A program made the translations under genes and the position numbers. This document shows, in pieces, positions 37,656-47,520 of a stretch of 64,000 bases of DNA. Each line of letters opens with the position of its first letter. The stretch's first letter is position 1. This DNA is from an uncultured cyanobacterium (lineage in GTDB: Bacteria > Cyanobacteriota > Cyanobacteriia > PCC-9006 > JAAUQQ01): NCBI GenBank assembly GCA_963718615.1, contig OY970368.1:2592001-2656000 (forward strand), given 5' to 3'. The notes beneath the pieces are model-generated. The model ran no database searches and was not told the origin of the DNA. It was given only the letters and a program-made list of their open reading frames with translations.

Positions 37656-37785
37656 GAAAGCCCTAGGGAGGATGGAACTGCCTTTATTGTGGCGGACTTT
37701 CGGGAATTAAGCCCCGTGGATTGCCAGTTTGTAACAGTTCTGGGTAGAGTCTTGGGTACGGTTTTGAGTCAGGGCAGAACCTTGG

Positions 37786-38412
37786 CTAACGCAGAACCTC
37801 GCCCGCCGCCGTAAACTGCACCTGGTTAATGCCAAACTGCCCATTGGCTACGAGGGTGTGCCGAATGCCACCCAACAGCGATAGACCTTCGCAGTGGGAG
37901 AGCGACTTGAGCGATCGCTTCGAATTTGAAGTCACCCGCAGATCTACCGTCACCTCGCCAACCCCCGGCCCCGGCGTCACGCGATAGCCTGCCAGGTCAA
38001 AATCAACGGTCTTGCTGGCGGCGATCGCCTGCCCCACCGCATCTTCCAGAGCCGTTTGCCGAGGCAAAACAAGAACTTCACCTTGGAAGCGATCGCACTG
38101 TGAATCCAGCTTAAAAACCTCCACACTGGTCGTCGTGGCTGCGGTCACCTGCCGATTGGGTTGACGATCGGGTTCTCCCAGGGGCGGCGCATCGAGCAAT
38201 GAGGGAGCAGGGCCGGAAGGATTAGGACGAGCATCAGGACGAGGATTGGAAGGAGCATTAACATCCCCATCCAGCAAAGATTGAGCCAGCGGCTGGGAAA
38301 GAGATTGGGGGAGAGAGGGATCTTGGAGTTGAGCGAGGGCGATCGCGCCTCCACTAATCCCCGCAGCGGCAGCGAAGGACAGACCCAGAAAGAAGCGGAA
38401 GGGGGAAGTCAT
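37786..38412 (-). CDS. Exported hypothetical protein, GerMN-like C-terminal domain
   Basis: Signal peptide, Pro-rich linker, DSQC, FDLAGYRV, SLSHCE motifs. Confidence 0.7.
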   Translation of the reverse strand: MTSPFRFFLGLSFAAAAGISGGAIALAQLQDPSLPQSLSQPLAQSLLDGDVNAPSNPRPDARPNPSGPAPSLLDAPPLGEPDRQPNRQVTAATTTSVEVFKLDSQCDRFQGEVLVLPRQTALEDAVGQAIAASKTVDFDLAGYRVTPGPGVGEVTVDLRVTSNSKRSLKSLSHCEGLSLLGGIRHTLVANGQFGINQVQFTAAGEVLR

Positions 38413-38540
38413 TGTGGGATACTAAACGGCGGTTACAGTGACTCATCAGACGGCTTGGCATTTCCGTCTCTCTACTGGATCCAGCCCTGAGGGCTACTGT
38501 TCCGTGCAAAATTAGGTTTCTTTACGGAATTTTGTCGCTG

Positions 38541-39548
38541 ATGCTGACCACTGCCTGGACCCGCCGCCACGTGATCTCTCTGGCCGATTTTGTGCCGGAG
38601 GAGTATGACACGGTCCTGCAAACTGCGGCGAGCTTTGCCGAGGTTCTGTCCCGGCGCAATAAAAAGGTGCCCACGCTCCAAGGCCAGGTGGTCACAACGC
38701 TGTTTTTTGAGCCCTCGACGCGAACCCGCAGCAGCTTTGAGCTGGCAGCGAAGCGGCTCTCGGCGGATACGCTCAACTTTGCACCGGGATCATCGTCGCT
38801 CTCGAAGGGGGAGACAATTCTGGATACGGCCAAGACCTATCTGGCCATGGGAACGGATATCATGGTGATCCGCCATCAGGAGTCAGGAGTGCCCCAGGCG
38901 ATCGCCGACGAAATGGAGCGCCTCGGAACCCATGTGCGAGTTTTGAATGCGGGGGATGGTCAGCACGAGCACCCGTCCCAGGCCCTGCTGGACTTGTTTA
39001 CGCTTTGCTCATTGCTTGATGAGAAGAATCCCCGAATTGATTTGCTGCGGGGCCAAAAGATTGCCATCGTTGGAGATATTTTGCATTCGCGGGTGGCGCG
39101 ATCGAATATTTGGAGTTTGACCGCAGCGGGGGCTGAGGTGCATTTGGCGGGGCCACCCACGCTGGTCCCCCGCTTGTTTGAGGACTATGTCACGGCCCTG
39201 GGACGGCAGGAACCGGCGCTAGAGCGCAAGCTGTTTGTTCACTGGCAGTTGGAACCGGCCCTCGAAAAAGCAGATTTTGTCATGACGCTGCGGTTGCAAA
39301 AGGAGCGCATGACCCAGCATTTGTTGCCGAGCTTGCGGGAGTATCATCAACATTTTGGGATTACCCGCGATCGCCTCCAATGCTGTAAGCCCCATGTCAA
39401 AGTGCTTCACCCCGGTCCTGTGAATCGCGGTGTCGAGCTGAGTTCCGATTTGATGGATGATCCCCAACTTAGCCTGATTCCCCAGCAGGTGAGCAATGGT
39501 GTTGCGGTGCGGATGGCGCTGTTGTATCTAATTGGAGGCGGGCGTTAG
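38541..39548 (+). CDS. pyrB: Aspartate carbamoyltransferase catalytic subunit
   Basis: [39 protein letters not shown]. Confidence 0.97.
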   Translation: MLTTAWTRRHVISLADFVPEEYDTVLQTAASFAEVLSRRNKKVPTLQGQVVTTLFFEPSTRTRSSFELAAKRLSADTLNFAPGSSSLSKGETILDTAKTYLAMGTDIMVIRHQESGVPQAIADEMERLGTHVRVLNAGDGQHEHPSQALLDLFTLCSLLDEKNPRIDLLRGQKIAIVGDILHSRVARSNIWSLTAAGAEVHLAGPPTLVPRLFEDYVTALGRQEPALERKLFVHWQLEPALEKADFVMTLRLQKERMTQHLLPSLREYHQHFGITRDRLQCCKPHVKVLHPGPVNRGVELSSDLMDDPQLSLIPQQVSNGVAVRMALLYLIGGGR

Positions 39549-39583
39549 CTCTTGGGCATTACTTGGTCATTACTTGGGGGGCA

Positions 39584-40198
39584 TTAGAGTAATCGAGGCA
39601 AAATCAAACCCGAACGAGTTTGATAATCTTCAAACTCAGGATAACGAGAGAGAGACTGCTCCTTCTTGCGCATGTTGGGGAAAAAGATTGTGGCGACAAA
39701 AGCAGCCAAAATCACAAAGGAAATCCAGTGCCAAGACAGTAGGGCAAAACTGCCGTAAATTAAGACTTCGCCAAGGTAGTTGGTATTGCGACAACGGGCA
39801 AAAAAACCTTCTGTAATCAGCCCCTTTTGATATTTGAGCGTGTAATACTTTTGAGCATCGCTGGTGTAGTGAAGAAACACACCAAGAATATTGAGACCAA
39901 CAGCAGCGGCGATCGCGCCCACCGGTACTAAAACACCACTACTGATCAGCAACCAAGGCGCGACCCAATATAGCCCCAAACCGAGAAACGTCACGATTCC
40001 CATGGGCAAGGACTGCTCTTTTTCCCATTGTTGATCGGGGTAGATGCGGTCCTTGAGCAACCATAAAATGCCGTAGGTGCCATGAAGGGCAAGGTAAATC
40101 CAGGGGGCGATCGCAAAGTTGTGATAAACCGTCATCAAGCCCAAAACCACAAAAGCCGTTAGACCTTTGTGCAGATTAATTGCATGTTTGATTTTCAT
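39584..40198 (-). CDS. DUF1295 / steroid 5-alpha-reductase / isoprenylcysteine methyltransferase-like membrane protein
   Basis: Multiple TM segments, DAQKY, LITEGFF, RNTNYLGE. Confidence 0.75.
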   Translation of the reverse strand: MKIKHAINLHKGLTAFVVLGLMTVYHNFAIAPWIYLALHGTYGILWLLKDRIYPDQQWEKEQSLPMGIVTFLGLGLYWVAPWLLISSGVLVPVGAIAAAVGLNILGVFLHYTSDAQKYYTLKYQKGLITEGFFARCRNTNYLGEVLIYGSFALLSWHWISFVILAAFVATIFFPNMRKKEQSLSRYPEFEDYQTRSGLILPRLL

Positions 40199-41637
40199 GA
40201 TTTTTTCACAGCTTCAGGAAAATTCCGAGGAGGAACAGAGCGGCCTTGATAAAATTTTTGCTCTAATTGCGTGAGACCGTACCAGACAGAGCAGCAGGCG
40301 ATCGCTCCCATCACTAATCCCACGGTTAAAGCAGATCCGATACTGATAAAAATGGGTAACAGTATAGCTAAACTCCAAGCGAGAAGAGCTAGGGCGATCG
40401 CCACAAGTTTCCCCCGTTTGACATTTTTCAGTGCCCCCCGACAGCTCACACAATGCTGCGTATGGGAATTGTAGCGATCGAGCAGGATATCTCTATTTTC
40501 GAGGGCAGGGGGCAGTGACTGGCCGGGAAAGGGATCGGCATCGTAGTGATTGACCCAATCCCGCAAAGCTGAAACAAAGGTATCTGCTTTTGTGGGCAGA
40601 TAAAAAGCTTTGCTGTAGGCTGAACTGCCGCCTAGCTTTTCTAGATAACGCTCCTGAAAATGCAGAAAAATTTGGTCATCTTCTAGGACTCCATTTTGAC
40701 CAATATGAGAAAACCAAGTGGGCGTTGCCTTGATAAAAAAGGCAGGAATTTTAGAGGGAAATTTAAACGGAAATCGAGCAAAAAGACGGCATTTGCCTTT
40801 ACTCATGGGCGTGGCATAGACCACGGTTAACGTTCGGCCAAACTGCTTGGATGTGAGATCATGCCACATCAGGCTAGGGGCGATGAACGTTGTATTTTGA
40901 GTTCCCAATTTGCCTAAGCGAGGACCTTCTGGCCAAATCCCCATAAAGCCGGTTTTGTCCTGGGTAAGAAGGTCCATCGCAGTAGGACCCGCGTTAACAC
41001 GATTGCCCACGGTTTTGTGGTGAGTATAGGGCAAGTGACTAGGATCGAGGACGTTTTCGAGCAGCGTTAGGGCATCGTAGGGCACATCGCGGAACATGTT
41101 AAGAACGACCCAATTATTGTCGCCATCTTCAAGGGGATCGACGAGCGGAATCTTGATTGTGTCTGCATTCTGTGGGTTGCCGGGATAGGCAAACAGCATT
41201 TCCTGGCGAATAACCGTAGGGAGCGCTTTAGCACAAGCCCGTTGGGCAATGTGGGCTTGACCGTTGACGTCCTGTTGAGGAATGGATTCACAGTTGCCGG
41301 TGCCTGAAAAAGTCCAGCCGTGATAGGGGCATTCAAGCTGACCTTGGGAATTGATGCGACCTTCGGACAGAGGCGCGAGGCGATGGGGACATTGATCCTG
41401 AAAGACGCGCCAAGTTGCAGCGGTTTGATCCCACCAAATGACGAGGTCTTCGTCCAAAAGCGTAAAACGATTCGGTTGGGTTTTGTCGAGGTCCTGGACA
41501 AAAAAGAGGGGATGCCAGGCTTCTTTCCAGTCAAAGCGATCGGGATCGGGGCCTCCGGCGGGTTGACTGTGGGCAGGGGTTTGAGGCTGCAATTGCGGCT
41601 GTGATTGAGGAACTGTGGCGGAAGCCTGGATTTCCAT
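40195..41637 (-). CDS. Rieske non-heme oxygenase, PAO/Tic55-like
   Basis: CPHRLAPLSEG...CPYHGW Rieske motif, ENVLDPSHLPYTH Fe site, HCVSC, two C-terminal TM helices. Confidence 0.9.
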   Translation of the reverse strand: MEIQASATVPQSQPQLQPQTPAHSQPAGGPDPDRFDWKEAWHPLFFVQDLDKTQPNRFTLLDEDLVIWWDQTAATWRVFQDQCPHRLAPLSEGRINSQGQLECPYHGWTFSGTGNCESIPQQDVNGQAHIAQRACAKALPTVIRQEMLFAYPGNPQNADTIKIPLVDPLEDGDNNWVVLNMFRDVPYDALTLLENVLDPSHLPYTHHKTVGNRVNAGPTAMDLLTQDKTGFMGIWPEGPRLGKLGTQNTTFIAPSLMWHDLTSKQFGRTLTVVYATPMSKGKCRLFARFPFKFPSKIPAFFIKATPTWFSHIGQNGVLEDDQIFLHFQERYLEKLGGSSAYSKAFYLPTKADTFVSALRDWVNHYDADPFPGQSLPPALENRDILLDRYNSHTQHCVSCRGALKNVKRGKLVAIALALLAWSLAILLPIFISIGSALTVGLVMGAIACCSVWYGLTQLEQKFYQGRSVPPRNFPEAVKKS

Positions 41638-41904
41638 GGTCGGTTTGTTGCGAAATGTAACACTATTTCATTGTGCCACTGATGGATGGGATGTGGGGCA
41701 GAGCGGCCTGTTCAACCCTCTGATCTAAGTAGAAACCGCTCAAATTTAAGTGGAAGTTTAAGCACGAGTTTAAGTGCAAGTTAAAGCCAAGATAAGTTGT
41801 TAACACATCTTTAGAGATGCAGAATCCCAGGGCTATTTGAGTCTCGCGGCCTCAGACGTTATCATAGGCCAGAAGATCAGCCTTTTTAGGCGGGAGCCCT
41901 GGTT

Positions 41905-42357
41905 ATGCTACAGGCCAAAGTCGGAGATACCGTAACGGTTCACTATACGGGAAAGCTCCAAGACGGAACTGTTTTTGATTCCTCAGATGGCCGCGAACCG
42001 CTAGCATTTCAGCTCGGTGCAGGGCAAGTGATTCCTGGATTTGAACAGGCGATCGTCGGCATGAGCGTGGGAGATTCGCTCACCCAAAATATCCCCTGTG
42101 CTCAAGCCTATGGTCCTCGTAGTGATGAAATGGCCTTTAAGGTCGATCGCCAACAGGTCCCCCCGGAAGTCCCGTTACAGCTCGGTCTTCAGCTTCAATT
42201 ACAAGACCCTGCGGGCAATCCCGTACCTGTGATGGTTGTGGAATTAACGGATGAATATGTCGTGCTGGATGCTAATCACCCCCTTGCTGGGGAAGATCTG
42301 ACGTTTGAGATTGAATTGGTCAATCTAGATGCAGGTCCTTCAGGTTTGATTCTTTAA
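41905..42357 (+). CDS. FKBP-type peptidyl-prolyl isomerase (SlyD/FkpB-like)
   Basis: HYTGKL, FDSS, IPGFE, AYG, DANHPLAG. Confidence 0.95.
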   Translation: MLQAKVGDTVTVHYTGKLQDGTVFDSSDGREPLAFQLGAGQVIPGFEQAIVGMSVGDSLTQNIPCAQAYGPRSDEMAFKVDRQQVPPEVPLQLGLQLQLQDPAGNPVPVMVVELTDEYVVLDANHPLAGEDLTFEIELVNLDAGPSGLIL

Positions 42358-42407
42358 GGAAGCTGGCTCAGTCGGTATTGCTCAAGCGTAACTCAGGTTG
42401 AGACAAG

Positions 42408-42447
42408 AAACCCAACAGGCCAGGTCTAGTTAAGCTTGTTGGGTTTT
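42408..42447. repeat. REP-like palindrome/terminator, copy 1
   Basis: AAACCCAACAGGCCA...AAGCTTGTTGGGTTTT; second copy at 48920-48955. Confidence 0.75.
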
Positions 42448-42496
42448 GCTTTTTTATGTTTTTATGTCTGTTATATTTGTGATGTGTGAAAGAGGC

Positions 42497-43861
42497 TTAA
42501 CTTTCGCAAATCTTAGATTGTTCTACCTTGTTGTTGAATTCTATAGGTTGTGTGAAAAAACGCTGAGTCAAAAAAACTGTTAGAGTTGCCATATAGCCAC
42601 TTAAGGCTAACCATAACCAAACATTGCTTTGCGTATATCTGGCCCAAATTGCCAATGGCAAAAAGCCAAGGCCAAACCCCCAAAAGGCACCATTTCGTAA
42701 AATAACTCCCTGCTTTCGCCCGAGGAAATAGCCTTCTAACATAAACGCTAAGGCAGTCAATCCTAAAAGCGGTAGAAGCCAAACCCGGTCCCTGACGATC
42801 GCCCCCTGCAAATCCCCATGATTTGTGAGTAAACCAAACACCGTTTGTGGAAATAGAATCGCAATACCGCCAATCGTCAAAACAATCAAGAGCGCATGGG
42901 CGATCGCCGTCAGCAACAATGGATTCATTAACGCCAATTGCCCCCGACCTTCACAGGAAGCGATCAGGGTTTGCAGTGTCAGCCCGACGCCTTGGACGGT
43001 AAACTGACTCAACATGGCCACTTGCAACAACAGACCATTGGCTGCCAAAATTTCGGTTCCCAGCGCAGCACTCCAATTGGTAAAAATGGCATAGGTTGAA
43101 ATCAGCAACACAAAGCGGATCAAGACGTTGCCTTTAAAAATCAAGATTCCCTTAAGCACGCTCCAATCCAAAATCTCCGGTAATGCAGCTTTGAAGGCGG
43201 TCCGATCCACCGTCATTGCCACCACCACCAAACCGACTACAAGGGCTAAATACTGGCTCAGAGCCGTTGCCCAACCGGCCCCCGCACTCGCCCAGCCCCA
43301 ACGATTAATCATCCAATAGTCCAACAGCACATTGGAGCCATTGCCCACCAAGGAGATGAGCAAAATTGCGGTCGTCATTTCCTGACCCAAAAGCCACCCC
43401 AGCAGGACAAAATTTAAGAGTACCGCCGGTGCGCCCCAAATTCGCCCATTGAAATAGTCCAAGCCAGCGGTTTCAATCGCCTGAGAACCGGACAGAATGG
43501 CAAAGCCTAATTCACGGATTGGGTATTGCAACAGCAAAATTAAGCAGGCGATCGCCAAAGCAATCAGTCCACTGCGCAAAAGGGCTAACCCAACCCCCTT
43601 GGCATCCTTTTGTCCGGCAGCTTGGGCCGTAATTGCATTGGTACTGTTGCGTAGAAACTTGAGAATTCGGTACAGATAGTCAAATAAAATACTTCCTAGA
43701 ATCACTCCCCCCAAGTAGCGAAGATCGGTGAGGTGGCCTAAAAAAGCAGTATCACAAAGTCCTGCCAACGGAACCATCAAATTGGACAACGTAGTGGCGA
43801 TCGCCAATTGATAAAACCGAGGCAAAACACTGCGATAGTCAGCAGACAGAGAAGCAAGCAT
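42497..43861 (-). CDS. MATE-family (DinF-like) efflux transporter
   Basis: VPLAGLCDTAFLGHL, RIWGAPA, about 12 TM segments. Confidence 0.9.
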   Translation of the reverse strand: MLASLSADYRSVLPRFYQLAIATTLSNLMVPLAGLCDTAFLGHLTDLRYLGGVILGSILFDYLYRILKFLRNSTNAITAQAAGQKDAKGVGLALLRSGLIALAIACLILLLQYPIRELGFAILSGSQAIETAGLDYFNGRIWGAPAVLLNFVLLGWLLGQEMTTAILLISLVGNGSNVLLDYWMINRWGWASAGAGWATALSQYLALVVGLVVVAMTVDRTAFKAALPEILDWSVLKGILIFKGNVLIRFVLLISTYAIFTNWSAALGTEILAANGLLLQVAMLSQFTVQGVGLTLQTLIASCEGRGQLALMNPLLLTAIAHALLIVLTIGGIAILFPQTVFGLLTNHGDLQGAIVRDRVWLLPLLGLTALAFMLEGYFLGRKQGVILRNGAFWGFGLGFLPLAIWARYTQSNVWLWLALSGYMATLTVFLTQRFFTQPIEFNNKVEQSKICES

Positions 43862-44102
43862 AAACTGACCTGGATCGAGGCGTAACCCAAGACCATACAC
43901 TACGACCGAAACCTTTCAACGCTGTTTAAATAACATTCATTACGAAAGCCAGCTCGGAGAGTTCGTCCTGAGAGTTTATTGAATCTTGAAAGAGCGGGGG
44001 GCGATCGCCTCCGGGCTTTCTCGGATAATAAGGAACGATGTAGAGAGGGCTGCAATCGCTAGCAGGATCCACAACTCAGGGCCACCAAGGACCATACCGA
44101 CC

Positions 44103-45077
44103 ATGGTCAAGACATCTGAATCGCCGATGATGCCTCGCGATCGCCGCCGTGAGGTGTATCACTGTCTCCTGCGCGACCACTTGGCCCGCCGGGGGCGTCA
44201 TGCTATGGAGGCAATGTTACTGGCGGATCTTCGCAAAACGCTGAAAATTTCCGAAGCGGAGCACCAAGCCATGGTGGAGGTTAGCCGTAGCGTTTGGGCT
44301 GAAGACCCTAGCCTCCCAGCCTCCCAACGGTCTGTGTCTCCTCCCCAGGTCAATCGCAGTACTTTGCCCTTGACGGCTCAGCTCTGTACGCAGTTAACCG
44401 GGTTGGCCCAACTCTGGATGACGGGTGCCCAGGTTTCGGCTCCGTGGCAGCCCGCGATCGCCGGGTTTGTCGAGTTTCTTCGCTGGACACTGTATCGGGC
44501 TAGCTTGGTGCATTCATCGACGCAATCAGCACAATCAACACAATCAGCTCAATCGATACAACGGGTGGTGGAGGTGCTACTGGAGGCGATCGCCCTAGAG
44601 CAGTATCAAGCGATCCTCACCCTGCTGACTGCTGCCGCTGAGATTCAGGGGAATGGTCGGGCGGAGGAATTGGCGATCGCCCTCCGCCATGGGGCTCCGG
44701 AGAATCGGTCCACACTCATGGCTAATCTCACCAGTCAGTGGCAAAATCAACAGCCGCTTCAGCGTTTGCTGGCCAAAATGCAGGTGGTACCAGGGTCAGA
44801 GCTGCCGACGGCGGGGGATCCGAGAACAACGCTCAATCTCTTGCTCAATGTCGCCGATGCCACGATCCAAAGCCTCAGTCTCTACCTTCTGAGCCAACTG
44901 AGTCCAGCGGAAGCCCAGGCCCAGGCGACTCACTTGTTGGCTCATCCGACTCGGCTTGATCCTCTGTTGGCGGAGGTCAGTCAGGCGATCGTGGCGGAGG
45001 GAGGGGCGATCGGATTGGAGGGTTGTCCGCAGTTGCAGGCGTTTCTGTCCATGAACTTTCCCCAGGCCAGGGAATAG
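44103..45077 (+). CDS. Hypothetical helical protein
   Basis: Long ORF; start uncertain (43986-44128). Confidence 0.55.
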   Translation: MVKTSESPMMPRDRRREVYHCLLRDHLARRGRHAMEAMLLADLRKTLKISEAEHQAMVEVSRSVWAEDPSLPASQRSVSPPQVNRSTLPLTAQLCTQLTGLAQLWMTGAQVSAPWQPAIAGFVEFLRWTLYRASLVHSSTQSAQSTQSAQSIQRVVEVLLEAIALEQYQAILTLLTAAAEIQGNGRAEELAIALRHGAPENRSTLMANLTSQWQNQQPLQRLLAKMQVVPGSELPTAGDPRTTLNLLLNVADATIQSLSLYLLSQLSPAEAQAQATHLLAHPTRLDPLLAEVSQAIVAEGGAIGLEGCPQLQAFLSMNFPQARE

Positions 45078-45098
45078 TCAAGTGGACATTCATGGAGG

Positions 45099-47227
45099 TC
45101 AATCCGTCGGCACAAACCCAGCCTTTTCAATCAGAGCTCTGCCTTCACGGGTTTGTAACAGCCGCGCATAGGCTTCCCCCGCCGCCCGCTGATCAGGGGG
45201 TCCATCTTGATCCACAACCACATACAGAATATCCATCAGCTCTGGGGGATAGGCTCCGCTCCGAAACAGGTCGAGGTTAACGCGGTTGCGCTGGGCAGGA
45301 CATTTCTCCGGCGGAATGACCGGATCTTGATAGGGAGAAAGGCGATCGCCCCTCAAAGTCACCACCGTTAGCACCCGGACCGAACACTGGGGCACGAGCA
45401 GCGCCGCCGTATTGATATAAAAACCGCCAGGGCTCAGGGATAACACTTGCAGCGCCTCCTGGGGGGTCTCGACAATTTTGACATTGCCTCCGTTGCAATC
45501 GTCACCGGAAGAAGGCTCCGCTTCCATGGTGTTGGTGCGAGTGTCGCGATCGATCAGCTGGATCGGCAAATCGGGTCCACCGAGCGATCGCCAATTGCGA
45601 ATTTTCCCACTACAAATATCTTTCATTTGAGACACCGTCAGTTCCGCGTCCGGCAACTGCAAACTGGGATGGACCGCGACGACCTTGAAACTCTGGGCCA
45701 CTTTAATCGATTTCACCGTCAGTCCTTGACGCCGAAGTTTATCTGCATTGAGTAGCCGCGAGGCTTGGAGAAAAGCAATTTTGCGCTGCTTCAGGAGCTC
45801 AAACCCAGCCACGGTGCTAGGGATTTGTCCCGGATGCACATAGTTGAGGCGAAACTCGGGATGTTGCTTCTGGATCTCTAAATCGGCAATGCCGCGAATC
45901 GGAGCCCAAGTCGTGCTGCCGCCATAGTTAAAAATTCCACTGGGCACTTCAATCTCTTTAAGATCTCTCCATCGGTTCTCAGGGGGCGGAGAAACAGGGC
46001 TTTTCGGGAGAGAGAAGAAAACGGCGATCGCGCTCACCAGCCCCCCCAGGAGTAAACCACCCATCCCCCAAGGCTTCCAATGCAGAGACTGAACTGCCTG
46101 AGACTGAACTGCCTGAGACTGAACTGCCTGCACGGCCTCCGTCTCATGCTGGGGCCAAGACCAATTGGGCGCAGCGGGATTTTGACAAAGCACCGGTAGC
46201 CAGGAGGCCGAGGGAAACTGATCCTCTAGCCCCTGTAGTTTTTCCTGGGCCATGCGCATGGCCCCATGCAGGGTTTGGCCTTGGGTGAGGGCGGTGAGAA
46301 AATAGCGCAGAAAATGCTGGGCGATAGCATCCGGCACGGGTTCCCGCATCACCACCGCGTAGGGCAAATGGAGCTGCCCCAGTTGCTGAGCCAAGTCTAA
46401 ACCATCGCAGGAATTGAGGATTGCAAGGGTGAGTCCTTGGGCGATCGCCCGTTTAATCCCGTGGGACAGCTCTGTGAAGGATAGGGAATCGGTGGCGTTT
46501 AGATGAATCTGCCCTACCTGATCAGGAACCTGGCAACCGCTATGTCCCGCGAAAAAGAAGATATCCCAAGGCTTCTCCCAAAGCTGCTCTGTAAACAACT
46601 GCCGCGAAGGTTGCTTGAGCACCTGAATCTCCGCATGGGGTAAAGTTTGGAGCCATTGGAGATCGGGCTGGAGATTGAGGCCCGCTTCCTGACCTAGCAC
46701 GGCCAAAATCCGCACAGGTGCTTTTAGGAGTTGAGGTGCAGGGGCGTAGCCGCAGGTGTCAAGGGCAAAGCTCAGCCGAGGTCGTTGCTCAAATAGCGTC
46801 TATAGAAACCAGGGCAAGCGCTGAAGCAGCGGATCTAGAGTTTGCAACACCAAACAAAACAGGCGGACTCGTCACGGGCAATGGTGTCTTGCAGGGAGGC
46901 TCGCAGTTGCCAAAATTCCGTTTGATCGAACCAGTTCAGCAGTGCCCCTCGCAGTTGTGCAGCGGCATCTCGGCAATCTTGCAAACTAGAGAACTGGGTA
47001 GACTGGGACTCGGGTACCCAAATGCGTAGCCCCCTGGAATCCACCTGCCCCCCTGAACCATAGGACTTTCGCCATTGGTTATATTGCTTAGGCAACATTG
47101 GCGCAGGGGGGAGCTTTCCCGGATGGGAGTGGTGGGGCGATCGCCCAGCATCACTCACCTCAACTGTCACAGAAAATCCTTGTTCAAAACTGCCACTGAG
47201 AATTCTGAAGAGGATTATTTTTGACAC
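45099..47227 (-). pseudogene. CHAT (caspase-like)-TM-PstS/PBP-like receptor gene disrupted by a 5-bp duplication and a nonsense codon
   Basis: GSFEQGF N-terminus; AAACA duplicated at 46852-46861; in-frame TAG at 46800-46802 in LQRLPWFL*; downstream FFAGHS, NSCDG, TM helix, YGGSTTWAP. Confidence 0.85.
46084..46128. repeat. 15-bp tandem repeat x3 encoding QAVQS
   Basis: GAGACTGAACTGCCT repeated three times. Confidence 0.9.
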
Positions 47228-47520
47228 GGCTAGGGAAAAAGCAGTGGAAATGACGAGGTTTGAGAATAAATCGAATTTACGGCACCAGGATTAAGGTGAG
47301 ATTAACACATCCGCATGGCTACGGGTTTCTGGACTGCAAAATTATAACAATTTCTAATCTTTCCGAAATTCCCCTAGGTGTTGCTGTGGTCTTGAAACAA
47401 GTTCACGTCTTCACCAGTTCACATATTCGCCAGACACCCCAGTTTTTTGCCGGTTTCTTCCCAGCTTCTTCCCGGTGTCTTGTCTTACCCGGTGTCTTGT
47501 CTCATTTCGGAACACACCCT

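Noticed and set aside
42497-43861. MATE transporter as a marker of a cyanotoxin (guanitoxin GntT-like) cluster
   Set aside because: No biosynthetic genes adjacent; a generic DinF-like MATE is all that can be supported.
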